Shown here one piece after another: positions 1 to 11,773 of a stretch of 64,000 nt of DNA. The number at the start of each line of letters is the position of its first letter. Within the stretch, counting starts at the first letter, position 1. This stretch comes from Octopus sinensis. Its lineage: Eukaryota. Below the pieces are notes generated by a model. The model made no database searches. It was not told the origin of the DNA and saw nothing but the letters and a program-made list of their open reading frames with translations. Position numbers and translations under genes: made by a program. Where the stretch lies: positions 91,388,001 to 91,452,000 of the forward strand of contig NC_043002.1 in the NCBI RefSeq assembly GCF_006345805.1, given 5' to 3'.

Positions 1-89
1 AAAGAAAGAAATTTTAATTGGTTTGAAGGTTTCAATAGAGTATAATATACTGATAATTAAGTATTCTCAAATATCACTCGCGGCATTGT

Positions 90-107
90 GTGCGTGCATA
101 TATATAT

Positions 108-146
<39 letters not shown>

Positions 147-208
147 GGTGTGTGTGTGTTGGTGTGTGTGTGTGCGTGTGTGTGTGTATGCATGTGTGTG
201 GGTGTCTG

Positions 209-242
<34 letters not shown>

Positions 243-314
243 AGTGTGTGTATCTGGTGTTATATACACATATATATGTATGCATATATATATATATATA
301 CATATAGATATATA

Positions 315-345
<31 letters not shown>

Positions 346-604
346 GATTATATTATATATATATATAAATATATATAATCTATATGTTATGTATGTATAT
401 ATATGTTATATATAATATATATATATTATATGTATGTATATAATGATATATATATATATATTATATATATATATATATATATTATATACATATATATAAC
501 ATATAAAATCTTATGCATGTATGTGTATATATATATATTTATATATATTATATTCATATACCATATAGTACATATATCCATATAAATGTATGCATGTATG
601 TATA

Positions 605-664
<60 letters not shown>

Positions 665-720
665 CATATATATACATATATATATATACATATATATAAT
701 ATGTGTGTGTGCGCGTAGGA
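90..720. repeat. compound (TA)n/(TG)n microsatellite
   Basis: Continuous dinucleotide runs; the overlapping YIYI/HTHT ORFs are artefacts. Confidence 0.95.
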
Positions 721-894
721 ATAATTATTGGTAATCATAACTGATTCTGATCTGCGGCATTACTTCCAGAAAGAAAAACCATGATGAAGACTACTTTATC
801 TCAAGGCCTTATAATTCGCGGGCACCGGTAAAATTTTGTGTATCTTCTCACACACATGCACAAAATTGCACACCCACACAACACACAACTAAAG

Positions 895-931
<37 letters not shown>

Positions 932-1669
932 GCGTGTGTTGTATTTGTATATATATATGTGTGTGTGTCTGTGTGTATGTGTGTGTATAGGTAGATATGA
1001 TATTTGCTAGAAGCATTACAATACGTCAAATAGAAATAAATATTTGAACAAACCTTTGGGCAATGCAGTTGAGGAAATGGGTAAAATATGTAATACGTAA
1101 GATACGAAATATAACAGGTTTACTAAACAATCTACGTAAAGTAATACAATATCTTAATTCATTTTTCACTCATTGACATTATATTACATATTTTACCTAA
1201 CGCTTTTCATGTTTTGCTCAGAGGATTTTTCCAAACAATAATATATGTATCTGTATGTATGCATCAGTGTGTGTGTACGTGTGTGAAGCGTGTGTGTATA
1301 TGTGTACTTATTTCTGTGAGTGTGCTTCCATGTATTTATATGTATATATATATATATATATATATGTGCGTAAGCCATTATAAGCATACATATATACATA
1401 CATATATGTATCTGCGGCTGTTTATGTGTGTGCTTATGAGTTTGTGTTTATGTGTAAATATATGTGTGCATCTGTTTGTTTGTGTGTCTGTGTCTGTGTG
1501 TGTCTGTGTCTGTGTGTGTCTGTGTGTATCTGTGTTTGTGTGTGTGTTTGTATGTGTGTCTGTGTGTGCGTGATGCGTGTATGTAATAAGCATTGGTAAG
1601 TTATTGCTATATGTTGACCATTCCTATTGGGCAAAAAATGAGGTGGGTGCACAGTTCAGTGGTTCCTTG

Positions 1670-2130
1670 AGAGGCTATAAAAAAAAAGCTAAAGTTGCTG
1701 GCCTTGCGAACTTCTTCATATTTGTAGCCTGAGGATACAATCATCCACTCAGGTTTCTTGCTTGAATATACTTCCACTTTAACTGTGTCTTAAAATACGA
1801 AAGGCCACATAATTGATGAATTCAGAAAGAGCCTCATAGGCGTATTCCAGAAGTTTAGTTTTATTATAACATTCGGCAATAAACTGACACAAATTTCGTA
1901 TACATTGCACCAGATCTTATGACAAGGAAACACTGTCACTACTAGAAGATAATAAAAGAGACTGTGTATTTAATGTAAGAACTTGAATCACCTTCATCTA
2001 CAACATGGGAGCTAGTAGCAAGAAAAAGGAAGAGCTTCTACTATTTAACATCCGACAAAGAAAATTTTCAGCAGAGCAGCTCCTCACTCTAGCATTTCTC
2101 TATCCAAGATCTACTTCAGTGAGAAGTTTA
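1670..2130 (-). mobile_element. very degraded CR1/L2-like LINE C-terminal fragment
   Basis: Minus-strand pieces read YTKFV, LLEYA and YKYEEV, resembling the CR1 post-RT motifs LY..LVRP.LEY and SYEERL; many stops and frameshifts. Confidence 0.3.
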
Positions 2131-2562
2131 GTCTTCATGGAGAACACTTTATCTCTCCGTCTGTCCGTCTGTCCGCCCGTCTATCTGTCAGTCTGGATGT
2201 GTATGTATGTATGAATTAAAATCTATCTATCTATAATTCTATGAACCCGGAAAAATTTAAAACAGAGAGTTACTTACTTACAAATAAATGTGTTAACATG
2301 TGACATTATTGACCGAAGTTACCGTGGTCTTTTCCGTAGGCTTTTCTTTCCACGGATAAACCTTATTTGTTTCCTCTTCACACTTTACATCATGACGTTT
2401 CTGTGATACACGATCTCTATTGATCATTTTTTTTCTCTTTCCTTTTTACGATCTCTTTTGATTGAAAACCTACCTACCCACTTTTTTTCTCCCCAAAAAG
2501 AAAAGCTCTACTTTGTAAACTGTCCAGTATGTGTTCAGCCCTGTGTGGCTAATAAATAAACA

Positions 2563-2564
<2 letters not shown>

Positions 2565-2654
<90 letters not shown>

Positions 2655-2655
2655 C

Positions 2656-2705
<50 letters not shown>

Positions 2706-2864
2706 ATGTATCAAATGAAATCAAACAGAACACAAAGGATGTCGCGGTACACGTGTTTCAAGCTTTATAAACGACCTATTCTTACATCAGTGTATAATCG
2801 ACATAAAGGATGATATCTATCTATCTGTCTGTCTGTCTGTCTGTCCACCTATCAATCTAACTAC

Positions 2865-2960
<96 letters not shown>
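2565..2960. repeat. (TATC)n plus (TA)n/(TG)n/(GA)n microsatellites
   Basis: Direct reading. Confidence 0.95.
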
Positions 2961-2962
<2 letters not shown>

Positions 2963-3349
2963 TACACTTTCAAACTAATATAACAATGCAAAGAGTTGAA
3001 TCTTCAATAAGTTTTGTTGCTACTGCAGTTGACTGCTGCTGCTGCTATAAATACTACGCAAATTACTATGTCTGACAATTCTGTCAGGAAAAATTAGAAC
3101 TTATAGAGAATTGGGTGTTTGAAATAGTTAAACTGACTTGCTTCTTCGGTTAATCTTATTTTAATTTAATCCGCAATCAGCATTATGGAACATGGACAAC
3201 GACTGGAGGTCCTCAGGTCGTAGTCAATTCTCTCAACTGCTCCTCAAATGCCATGTACAATTATGCATTAGCTACTTGATCGTATATATTATAACAGTAC
3301 ATTCGAAAGAACTTATGACTATTACATGGTACATCAAACGCATTCCGTG

Positions 3350-3722
3350 TTTACTCTCTTTTACTTGTTTCAGTCATTTGACTGCGGCCATGCTGGAGCA
3401 CCGTCTTTAGTCGAGCAAATCGAGCCCGGGACTTATTCTTTTTGTAAGCCCAGTACTTATTCTATCGGTCTCTTTTGCCGAACCGCTAAGTTACTGGGAC
3501 GTAAACACACCAGCATCGGTTGTCAAGCAATGCTAGGGGGACAAACACAGACACACAAACATATACACACACACTTATATACAACAGGCTTCTTTCAGTT
3601 TCCGTCCACCAAATCCACTCACAAGGCATTGGTCGGCCCGGGGCTATAGCAGAAGACACTTGCCCAAGATGCCACGCAGTGGGACTGAACCCGGAACCAT
3701 GTGGTTGGTTAGCAAGCTACTT
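3350..3722 (-). mobile_element. tRNA-derived SINE family A, body and 3' part (copy split by the 3723-5946 insertion)
   Basis: Colinear with the intact copies at 19431-19872, 34933-35353 and 44429-44842; stops at GTTAGCAAGCTACTT and resumes at 5947. Confidence 0.9.
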
Positions 3723-5946
3723 TATTTCAAAACATTTGCCATAAAGGCAGTACACAGATTAAGTTAGCTTTGCGGGTTGGACGAGGACATTAATGAGGTG
3801 AATGATAATGAAAGAAAGATGATAAGGATGGGAGAAGACAAAAAGCGCCCGCCGGCTTTCGCTTCTCTAAAACATTGTTCTTTTTAAAGATAAACACAAA
3901 ACGAGGTATTAATCCTCTTACAATTTTTCAAATTTTGGACTTAGCAGTCCATTATAATACAAAACGAGGTATTAATCCTCTTACAATTTTTCAATTTTTG
4001 GACTTAAGTCCATTACTAATAATATATATCGTCCTCGAAATAGCTTGTGCCCGCGCCCTCCACCATCAACCACGCCTCCCTCAGAACGTAATCAAGTTCC
4101 GAGTTCGCGTCGCCCGGGACCAAGTTATAATCTTCATTGAGCTCCTTTAGCCCAAGCGTCACGTCGAACGCCACGGCCTCCACAGCTACCTGCGGAGGCC
4201 ATTCGGGGTCCTGTGTGAAGGCTAAAGGTGCTCCCTTGTAGTGCTCTTCCATCACTTTTTCAATTTCTCCTCCTCTATAGAAGAGGACCGATACGTTCAG
4301 TTCTTTCGTTGGCGGCACAGGTCCCGCCAACGGTATTCCTTCTCTTGTCGGTGGCACAACCCCAACCGACGTAGTTCCGGGACATTCCAGTGCTACACTG
4401 ACAGCCGGTAATGTCCCATTTTTCTTCCTCTTTTTCTTTTTTTTCCCTTTTCAACTGAGGGAGGGTGCGTCTCCTCCGTGGATGGAAGATTCGCCTTCCT
4501 CTCCTCATCCCTATTATCCTTTGGTGAGCACCCATTGTTGCTCACCTTCCTCTTTCGGCCTCTGTTTGAGGAGTCCTCTGCTTTCTCGGCCGTTATCGTT
4601 CCCTCTTCTAGAGGGGTTTTACTTAACTGTTCCGGGATCCTATTTTGTTCCCGAGGACAGTTCTTCTTTATGTGGCCGGACTCCAAGCACCGATGACACT
4701 TAGGGGGGCGACCCTCAAGCATCACCGGGTACCTACACCGGCCATTTTCAAAAAATCTGGAAGAACCAGATTGGCTGATTGGGTCCACAGGGTCAAAATT
4801 GCTTTTGACCCAACCCAAGCAGCCGCAGGAAGAACTTTTACATTGAGGAGCTTAGTTTCGCTGTCACCCAGACCCCGGCGGATAGTCTCCTCTATCCACT
4901 CGGGTTCTATGTCGGGTGGCAATCCGCATATCCAAGCTTTCATCAATTTCTTTTTTTTGTACGTGGGCAGGAATAAGATTTCCTTACCCTCTAGGGGTTT
5001 GCTAGCAAATTTGCAAGCCTCTTCAGGGGTGTCAAATAGCAACCACACCGTTGTATATTTGACACCCCTGGAAATGAATTTAATTGTTGGCAAATACTCT
5101 TCCAACTCCTCCTCAATTGCCGTCTTTTCGAATAAGGCGATGGTGTCGAGTGCCTTGGAGTAGGTTCTCAACACCACCGTCCTATCTTCACGGTCTTTTA
5201 ACCACTTTTTAGGTGGTATGATTTCCCACTCCAAAATTTTGTTATTTTTCATTGCCATGTTTTTTTTCAAATATATTCAAATTAAACTCAAAAAGCAGGA
5301 AGAAAAAAGTTCAAAAGTCCAAATAAAATTTGATAGATTTTTGAAAAAACAAAAAGGAGAAAGCACAACAGAAGGGAAGAAATCAACGGAAAGTCGCAAT
5401 AAAGAAAAAAAAACAAAAGGGGGGGTTAAATGAAGTTCAAAAGAAAGTTAATAAACAGAAAAAAACACAGCAAAAATATTCTGGCCTTGCGGTACTCCAG
5501 GCTGGGTTGAACCTGGAACGCCGCAACTGCAACACAACCTCCACAAAAATGGGTCCGAAAGGTAATCCAATAGTGGCTTATTTTTATAATTTTCTTGCGA
5601 AGTAGTAGTTTTCACAATTCATAAAAGTTCTTCACAGCACAATACAATTCTCACAATTACGTGAGAAAAATATTTACTCAATTTATCGAAGACGGATACG
5701 CCCCCAAAAATTTTCTCAGCGAGAAAAATATATTTGCCACATGTCGGCAGAATCAGAATTCTGAATCCAGTAGGACTTCCTGCCTGTAAAAAACAATTCT
5801 CAACAAAAACTCCCACTGGACCCAGAAAACAGAATCTTACCTTACATGGGGCTTCCAAAGTTTTCAATTCAAGACGGCTTCAATAGCACGTCTTCACCGC
5901 TTCAGTGCCAAACACAACACTGACTCGCACATGCGCAGAAGCAACC
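3723..5946 (-). mobile_element. ORF1-only (HAL1-like) non-autonomous L1/Tx1-type retrotransposon, 2.2 kb
   Basis: Perfect 15-bp TSD GTTAGCAAGCTACTT at 3708-3722 and 5947-5961; about 690-nt 5'UTR; one gag-like ORF; about 290-nt 3'UTR ending in AATAAA at the TSD; no EN/RT sequence between the TSDs. Confidence 0.8.
4016..5258 (-). CDS. L1/Tx1-like ORF1 protein (RRM-like region, CCHC zinc knuckle, basic linker, unknown C-terminal domain); two apparent 1-nt frameshifts
   Basis: ATG at 5258. KAWICGLPPDIEPEWI (RRM-like), then RYPVMLEGRPPKCHRCLESGHIKKNC (C-X2-C-X4-H-X4-C). The three ORF-track pieces join into about 414 aa if one base is added to each homopolymer at 4750-4755 and 4437-4444. Confidence 0.75.
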
Positions 5947-5984
5947 GTTAGCAAGCTACTTACCACACAGCCACTCCTGCGCCT
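5947..5984 (-). mobile_element. 5' tRNA-like head of the split SINE family A copy
   Basis: GTTAGCAAGCTACTTACCACACAGCCACTCCTGCGCCT is identical to the end of the copy at 19835-19872. Confidence 0.9.
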
Positions 5985-6254
5985 AGAATTCTGTTTCTAG
6001 AATTCTCTGAAATTATTTTACCAGTTCTCTGCCTATGATGATACCGTAGCTGTACGAAGAAAAGGAAAAAAAAATTATTTCCAAATTTGCTCATAGTTTA
6101 TTTACCAGCGACAAAATCAACGATATGTGCATTTTATTGTGTCTTGTGTTCTCGTCGTTTTAGTCTTACGATACACAAATTAGCAGACATTTAATGAAAG
6201 GCATTTCAACCGTGAAGCTCCCATCTTTTTTCGATAATCTTACTTATAATAAAA

Positions 6255-6654
6255 CTAGCAGTATCGCCCGGCGTTGCTCGGGTTTGTAAGGGAAATAACT
6301 ATATAAGCATTTTTAGAGATGTAAAGTATAATATCCATCTCAATATGGCTAACCACAAAGGGGGAGGGTATGTTACTGTAGCTTTTTACGTTCTGAGATT
6401 TAATAATACATTTTTAGAGAGTTACTTCCCTTATATAATAGCAAAAAAATGCATTAAAAATGGGAAAAAATGATGGTAATTTTTTTTTTAAATCGTAGAC
6501 TCATTGTAGACGCGCGCTAATACCCAGAAGGGCTCGATATGAATCACGACTATAAGATACCCGGTTTTGGTTAAACTGCACTGCAAAATGTGGGAGTAGT
6601 TAGGAATCTAAATCGTAGGAGACAGACACACAACTTCACTTTTATATATAAAGA
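6255..6654 (-). mobile_element. non-autonomous Helitron-type element (400 bp)
   Basis: Minus strand starts TCTTTATATATAAAAG and ends with hairpin CCCGAGCAACGCCGGG, 7 nt, then CTAG; inserted between A and T with no TSD. Confidence 0.8.
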
Positions 6655-6834
6655 TATGTGACCCATCGGTCACGATAGAGGGAAGGAAGAGTAAAACAAC
6701 AGACGTAGTGGGAGTGGGTGACGGTCATAGATGCTAAAGCAGGCGACAGCATTTAAAGTTTTTGCTCAGAAGACGAAGGTGGTTTAATCAAAATAAAACT
6801 GCAAATTTTCATCGTAAATTGTATTAGTTTATCA

Positions 6835-6869
<35 letters not shown>

Positions 6870-6899
6870 CCACTCTCTCTCTCTCACACACATACACAC

Positions 6900-7002
6900 T
6901 GAGGCCAATATATATTTACGAAATTCAATATTAAACACTTGCTTTCGAAATATCAGCGTTCTCGTAAGGTATAATGTGTACATAAATGTAATGTGAACGA
7001 TA

Positions 7003-7043
<41 letters not shown>

Positions 7044-9212
7044 AGAAATATGTTTCAAAAAGAAAATAGAAACTATACGTGGAAGCAAGAGTTTTAAAGT
7101 TTACACCAACCCCTCGCAGATCGAACCTGAATGAAATTAAGGATAACACTATGGATTTTTGCCGAAATCTGCGCCTCACAGAAGCACTTCACAACTACAC
7201 CAGCGAAGATGACTCAATAGTAAAAGACAAAAGCGAATACTGTCCTACAAAAGGCAGAAATGAAGCACTTGATGACTTTTGTGAACACATTACCAATTTT
7301 CCTTTCAGTACCCTACAAAAACAATGAATTAAATCCAACCTCAACACAAATGAATGGAAAACCTAATCGAGTTTAAAAAATGATATAAACCTGACCATTA
7401 AAGAAGGCAATAAAGAAAGTGCGGTAGTAGTGATGGACACAGAGGACTATAAAAGTTTAATAATCTCCATGTTGGAAAACAATATTTACTGAGAAGACAG
7501 AGCACTATAACCCACAGAAAACACTTAAAAACTTATCCTCCTTACTACAAATACATGGAAAGGGCCTCACTTAAAAAGAAATTGACTATTTATCCAATTT
7601 TAAATACAGACCAAATACCCAAAAATCCACATATTTGTAAAGCTTGCAAAGATTCTCCAAGCCTATGCATTAATGATCCTTCCCCCACTGACCTCAAACT
7701 AATACCCGTCATTTCTGGCCCTGCTTGTGAAACACACCGTTTGCGCAATTTCCTCGACATCCTACTCAAACCATTTCGAAAATATGTGAAAAGCTTAATC
7801 AGGTTTGACTTAGACATGCTTAAGCACCTCCCGAAGACAATAAATAAAGGAACCTGTTAGTATCATTCGATGTGGTGAACTTGTACACTAATATCCCGCA
7901 CGATTATGGTATAGATTATGGTATAGAAGCAATCACCTTCTGGCTAGAAAAATACCCAGAAGAGATCCCAGGACGCATCAACCACAGATTCATAATCGCA
8001 GCATTGAAATTCATCCTACTGAACAGCTATTTCATGTTCGATGCAGTTTACTATCGACAAAAATGTGGAATTGCAATGGGAACCCGAACTGCCCCAGTGA
8101 TTGCGAACCTTGTAATGGTTTACCTAGAATTTAAAATATACCAATCATCACTACGGAAGTATGGCACCTCATTCCATTGCAATTTAAAGGAGAACTGGAA
8201 GAGGTATTTAGATGATTTCTTTATACTTTAGAAAGATAGCATGAACAAACTCCTCGATTTCAAAATAATTATCAACAATATCAATAGCAACGTACAATTC
8301 ACCATGGAACAAAGCAATAAACAACTCCCTTTTCTTGACATCCTAATTAGAATAGTCAATAACCACATCAACTTATGCCACCTCAAACACATAAAAATTA
8401 ATATATCTTATAATCTAGCGCAAAGAATCTGTACCATAGTTTCGGACACCAATACTCGTGAACGAAGACTCCTTGAACTCAGATCAATACTAATCAAGAG
8501 ACATTACCCAACATCATTAATAAATGATAGGATTAAATGAGTAAAGGAAATAGACATACGAACATTAAGGGAAGTCAACCGAAATACTACGCCAGACTTA
8601 AAAATACCCCCATACATCTCCACGCATAACGCTAGAAACAATGAAGCCTTCAACATTATCATCCAAAATCTACACATTCTCATAGGAGATAAAACAATAA
8701 ACGAAATTTTAGGCTCACACAAAATTTTAAAGAGCAAAGCGTAACCGAAATCATTGAAAAAAATATTAGCCAACGCAACACTATATCCATTAACAACGGA
8801 ACCAAAAGTGAAAAAATGCGGTCGACCTAACTGTGGCATATGCCCCCACCTTTTGGAGAGTACAGAGTTCCACTTTAAACAAGTTGAAATATTTAAGATT
8901 AAATCAAATTTCACCTGTACCCCGAAAAACCTAATCTATGCCATTACCTGCTTAAGGTGCGGTAATCAATATATTGGCCAAATAGGAATATCACTCCGTC
9001 GAAGAACCACTCTTCACAAAGATCATATCCGCTACCCACAATACAGGCAGATACAGGTCAGTGAACACATAAAAAAGTGTGCTAGGAACTTTCCTAACTT
9101 CCTAATTTTACCCTTCTATCAATATTCACAGACCATCTCAATACAGCAAAGAAAGAATACAGGGGCAACTTTTATCAGTAAATATCATCCACAACTTAAC
9201 ATGAACACATAA
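6900..9212 (+). mobile_element. Penelope-like element, decayed RT + GIY-YIG ORF
   Basis: LKFTPTP...FCRNLRL N-terminus; RT motifs FDVVNLYTNIPH, GIAMGTRTAPVIANLVM, WKRYLDD, LPFLDILI; C-terminal CGRPNCGIC and NLIYAITCLRCGNQYIGQ (GIY-YIG). Multiple stops/frameshifts and a (TA)n insertion near 7005-7040. Confidence 0.92.
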
Positions 9213-9593
9213 CATAATACAGAACACTATTAGCCTTACCAATAATATCACTAACTCCCATACATTCCATACACCATTCATATTACAGTATTATATCTAC
9301 TCTAATTGCACCACTCCAGAACTACTTACCTCCCTTACACATAATCTTTTTACTCAGGGACTAGTAGACCCGACACCGTCTGGAAATCGATGCTCATTCA
9401 AAGCCAGTGAACAGCGTTTCACGATACCGGTATGACTTTGAATATCTTTAACAATTCAAAATAATGACGTTTATTTCTCTTAATTCCACCCCAGTTTATC
9501 TAATTGTATATATCTATCATTACTTTTCATTTAAAAAGCCATTATTATTTTGATATCCAATGAGCATTTTCGCTTTTTTCCTTCTTACTTTCT

Positions 9594-9594
<1 letters not shown>

Positions 9595-9665
<71 letters not shown>

Positions 9666-9675
9666 TATGTATGTA

Positions 9676-9706
<31 letters not shown>

Positions 9707-9720
9707 ATGTATATTTACAT
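9595..9720. repeat. (TA)n/(TG)n microsatellite
   Basis: Direct reading. Confidence 0.95.
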
Positions 9721-10519
9721 ATATGCGTTTGATTGTGTGTATGTTTTTATTCGCATATACACACGCATACATAATGTGGGTAATATTATCAATCGAGACG
9801 TTACAATCGTATCAGATTCTTGAAGTGCTTTAATTCTGTCTATGTACATATATTTACTAGATTGTTGACATTTATTAATGGTTTACTCCATTGTTTTGGT
9901 GATCCATTTTCTATTATTAATAAAACTGTGGGGATTTTTGACGACACGAGTATACTAATTTCAACATAATATTTTCAATGTCTTTTCTTTTATGGGACGC
10001 TAGAATGTGTTTTGGAAGGAGCAGTTACTAGGTTGCTATTTTTAGCACGTGAGCGACTAAGTAGACGGCCCTTCATTGGGTTGAAGAGATTCCCTCTTTG
10101 TCTCGTCTATAGTGTATGTGAGTCATTGTTAAGTGTTCAATAAAACTTCTACATTATATTTAGTATACAACTATTGCAACAATGTTTTCAGAACATAACA
10201 CTTCCAACCATATGAACCGTGACTGCAGTCTTTCTGCACCGGAAGTATTCTCCATTTGTTCATTATCGTATTTTTTCTTTCACAACACGATCCAATCTAA
10301 ATGTATGAAATTTTGTTCACGGCAACAAACTACCCTACCTCCAACCCGTTGTAAAAACCTTCACTTTTTTATATATATTTTTATCCCCTGTTCTACCTTT
10401 TGTTCTTTTCCTTCTTCTTCTTTGCTTTATTTCCTTCATCTTCATTTCTCCTTTCCATTGCATTCATAACCTTTTATATTATAACTTTTTAAGGTATACC
10501 AACATTCGGTGTACATCCA

Positions 10520-11010
10520 TATCTCTCAGACTCGACAGTTCTTCGACATAACTCCATATGTTAGCAATGCCCAGACACTGAACAAACCTTTTATTTTCTT
10601 TTTCAAGATGGTCTAATCGATCTGCGTGCATCTTATGCACGCTCTTCTATGACGACAATTCTGTGGTTGTACAGTTTATCACGAATCAGAAAAGACCCTC
10701 GGTTCCACTTTCAAACCCCTGAAGTTATGGAAGTTATACATTGTAGTTCTAGATTTGAAAGTCTAGGGATAAAATCCAGAAGTGAAAGGAAGCAGTTATC
10801 ATAGAGCGAGTGAACGAACGAACGAGCGGTGTGAAATGGCTCTGAGAGATGGCCATTTACTTTGATCAAGCATTTACCGCCGTGCATTGCAACAATCAAG
10901 GTGATTAAAACGGATCCATAGCAGGCAGGTGTTAAGAGGCTGACGGCTCGGTACGGATAACTGGACATTCAACCTGTTTTGGAGATGTTAACTTTTGGTG
11001 CTGGAAGCAA
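10520..11010 (-). mobile_element. degraded L1/Tx1-type RT fragment
   Basis: ORF 10711-10968 contains CYGSVLITLIVAMH..CLIKVNGHLSEPFHTARS, resembling the L1/Tx1 RT segment GFG..F..WI..LY....V.VNG.LS.PF.I.RSVRQG. Confidence 0.55.
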
Positions 11011-11015
11011 ACACG

Positions 11016-11071
<56 letters not shown>

Positions 11072-11725
11072 CTCTCTCTCTCTCTCTCTCTCTCCTTTCT
11101 CTCTCTCTTTTCACACAGGTATACACACACGATACACACAAATACACACACATGCATACGAACGCATGCGCAGAAAATATGATCATACATATAGAAAGAA
11201 AAAGGGAGAGACACACAGACACGGAAACATAGGAGGTTGCCAACAAGGCTAACCGGATCCCTCCTCCTAAAAGACAGGCTTAACCCCACCAGACGCCAAC
11301 CTGGTATTTCTGGGCCTCAGGGTTGACTTACAGGTACTACACTTTGCCCAACGGTAACCGGAAGGTAGTTTTGGTCAAGGGTTACTTTGTTCTTCCCACG
11401 TCGTGACGCCACAATTGAATGCAGTTTCCTGCCACACCCAGAGCGTGTTATCATTAATATTATCACTTCCTTGTATTGTTAGTGGTGGCGGTAGCACTGT
11501 TGTAAGCTATTGTTTTCTTTGACTATTTCTGTTGCTTTTGTGTTTGCCTTTGTTCTTGTATTTGACTGGGTTGGCGGGATGGCCTTTGTCGTTCAAAATG
11601 GAGTGCTAAAGTTTATCCTCCTCCACATGCTGTTATTGCCTATTTGGGGGAGATATTCTGTGGATTGAGGATGGCGGCTGCTTGATGGTCTGCTATATTG
11701 CTGTCGTTATTGTTGTTGTTGTTGC

Positions 11726-11771
<46 letters not shown>

Positions 11772-11773
<2 letters not shown>

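Noticed and set aside
4645-5163. 172-aa plus-strand ORF
   Set aside because: Antisense shadow of ORF1 with no recognisable motifs.
9370-9430. Expected hammerhead at the 3' end of the large Penelope element
   Set aside because: No intact CUGANGA/GAAA core could be read.
11385-11425. TCCCACGTCGTG, resembling the L3/P3 core of HDV-like ribozymes in RTE elements
   Set aside because: The 5' P3 strand (ACG), a complementary P1 and the GG after P1 are all missing.
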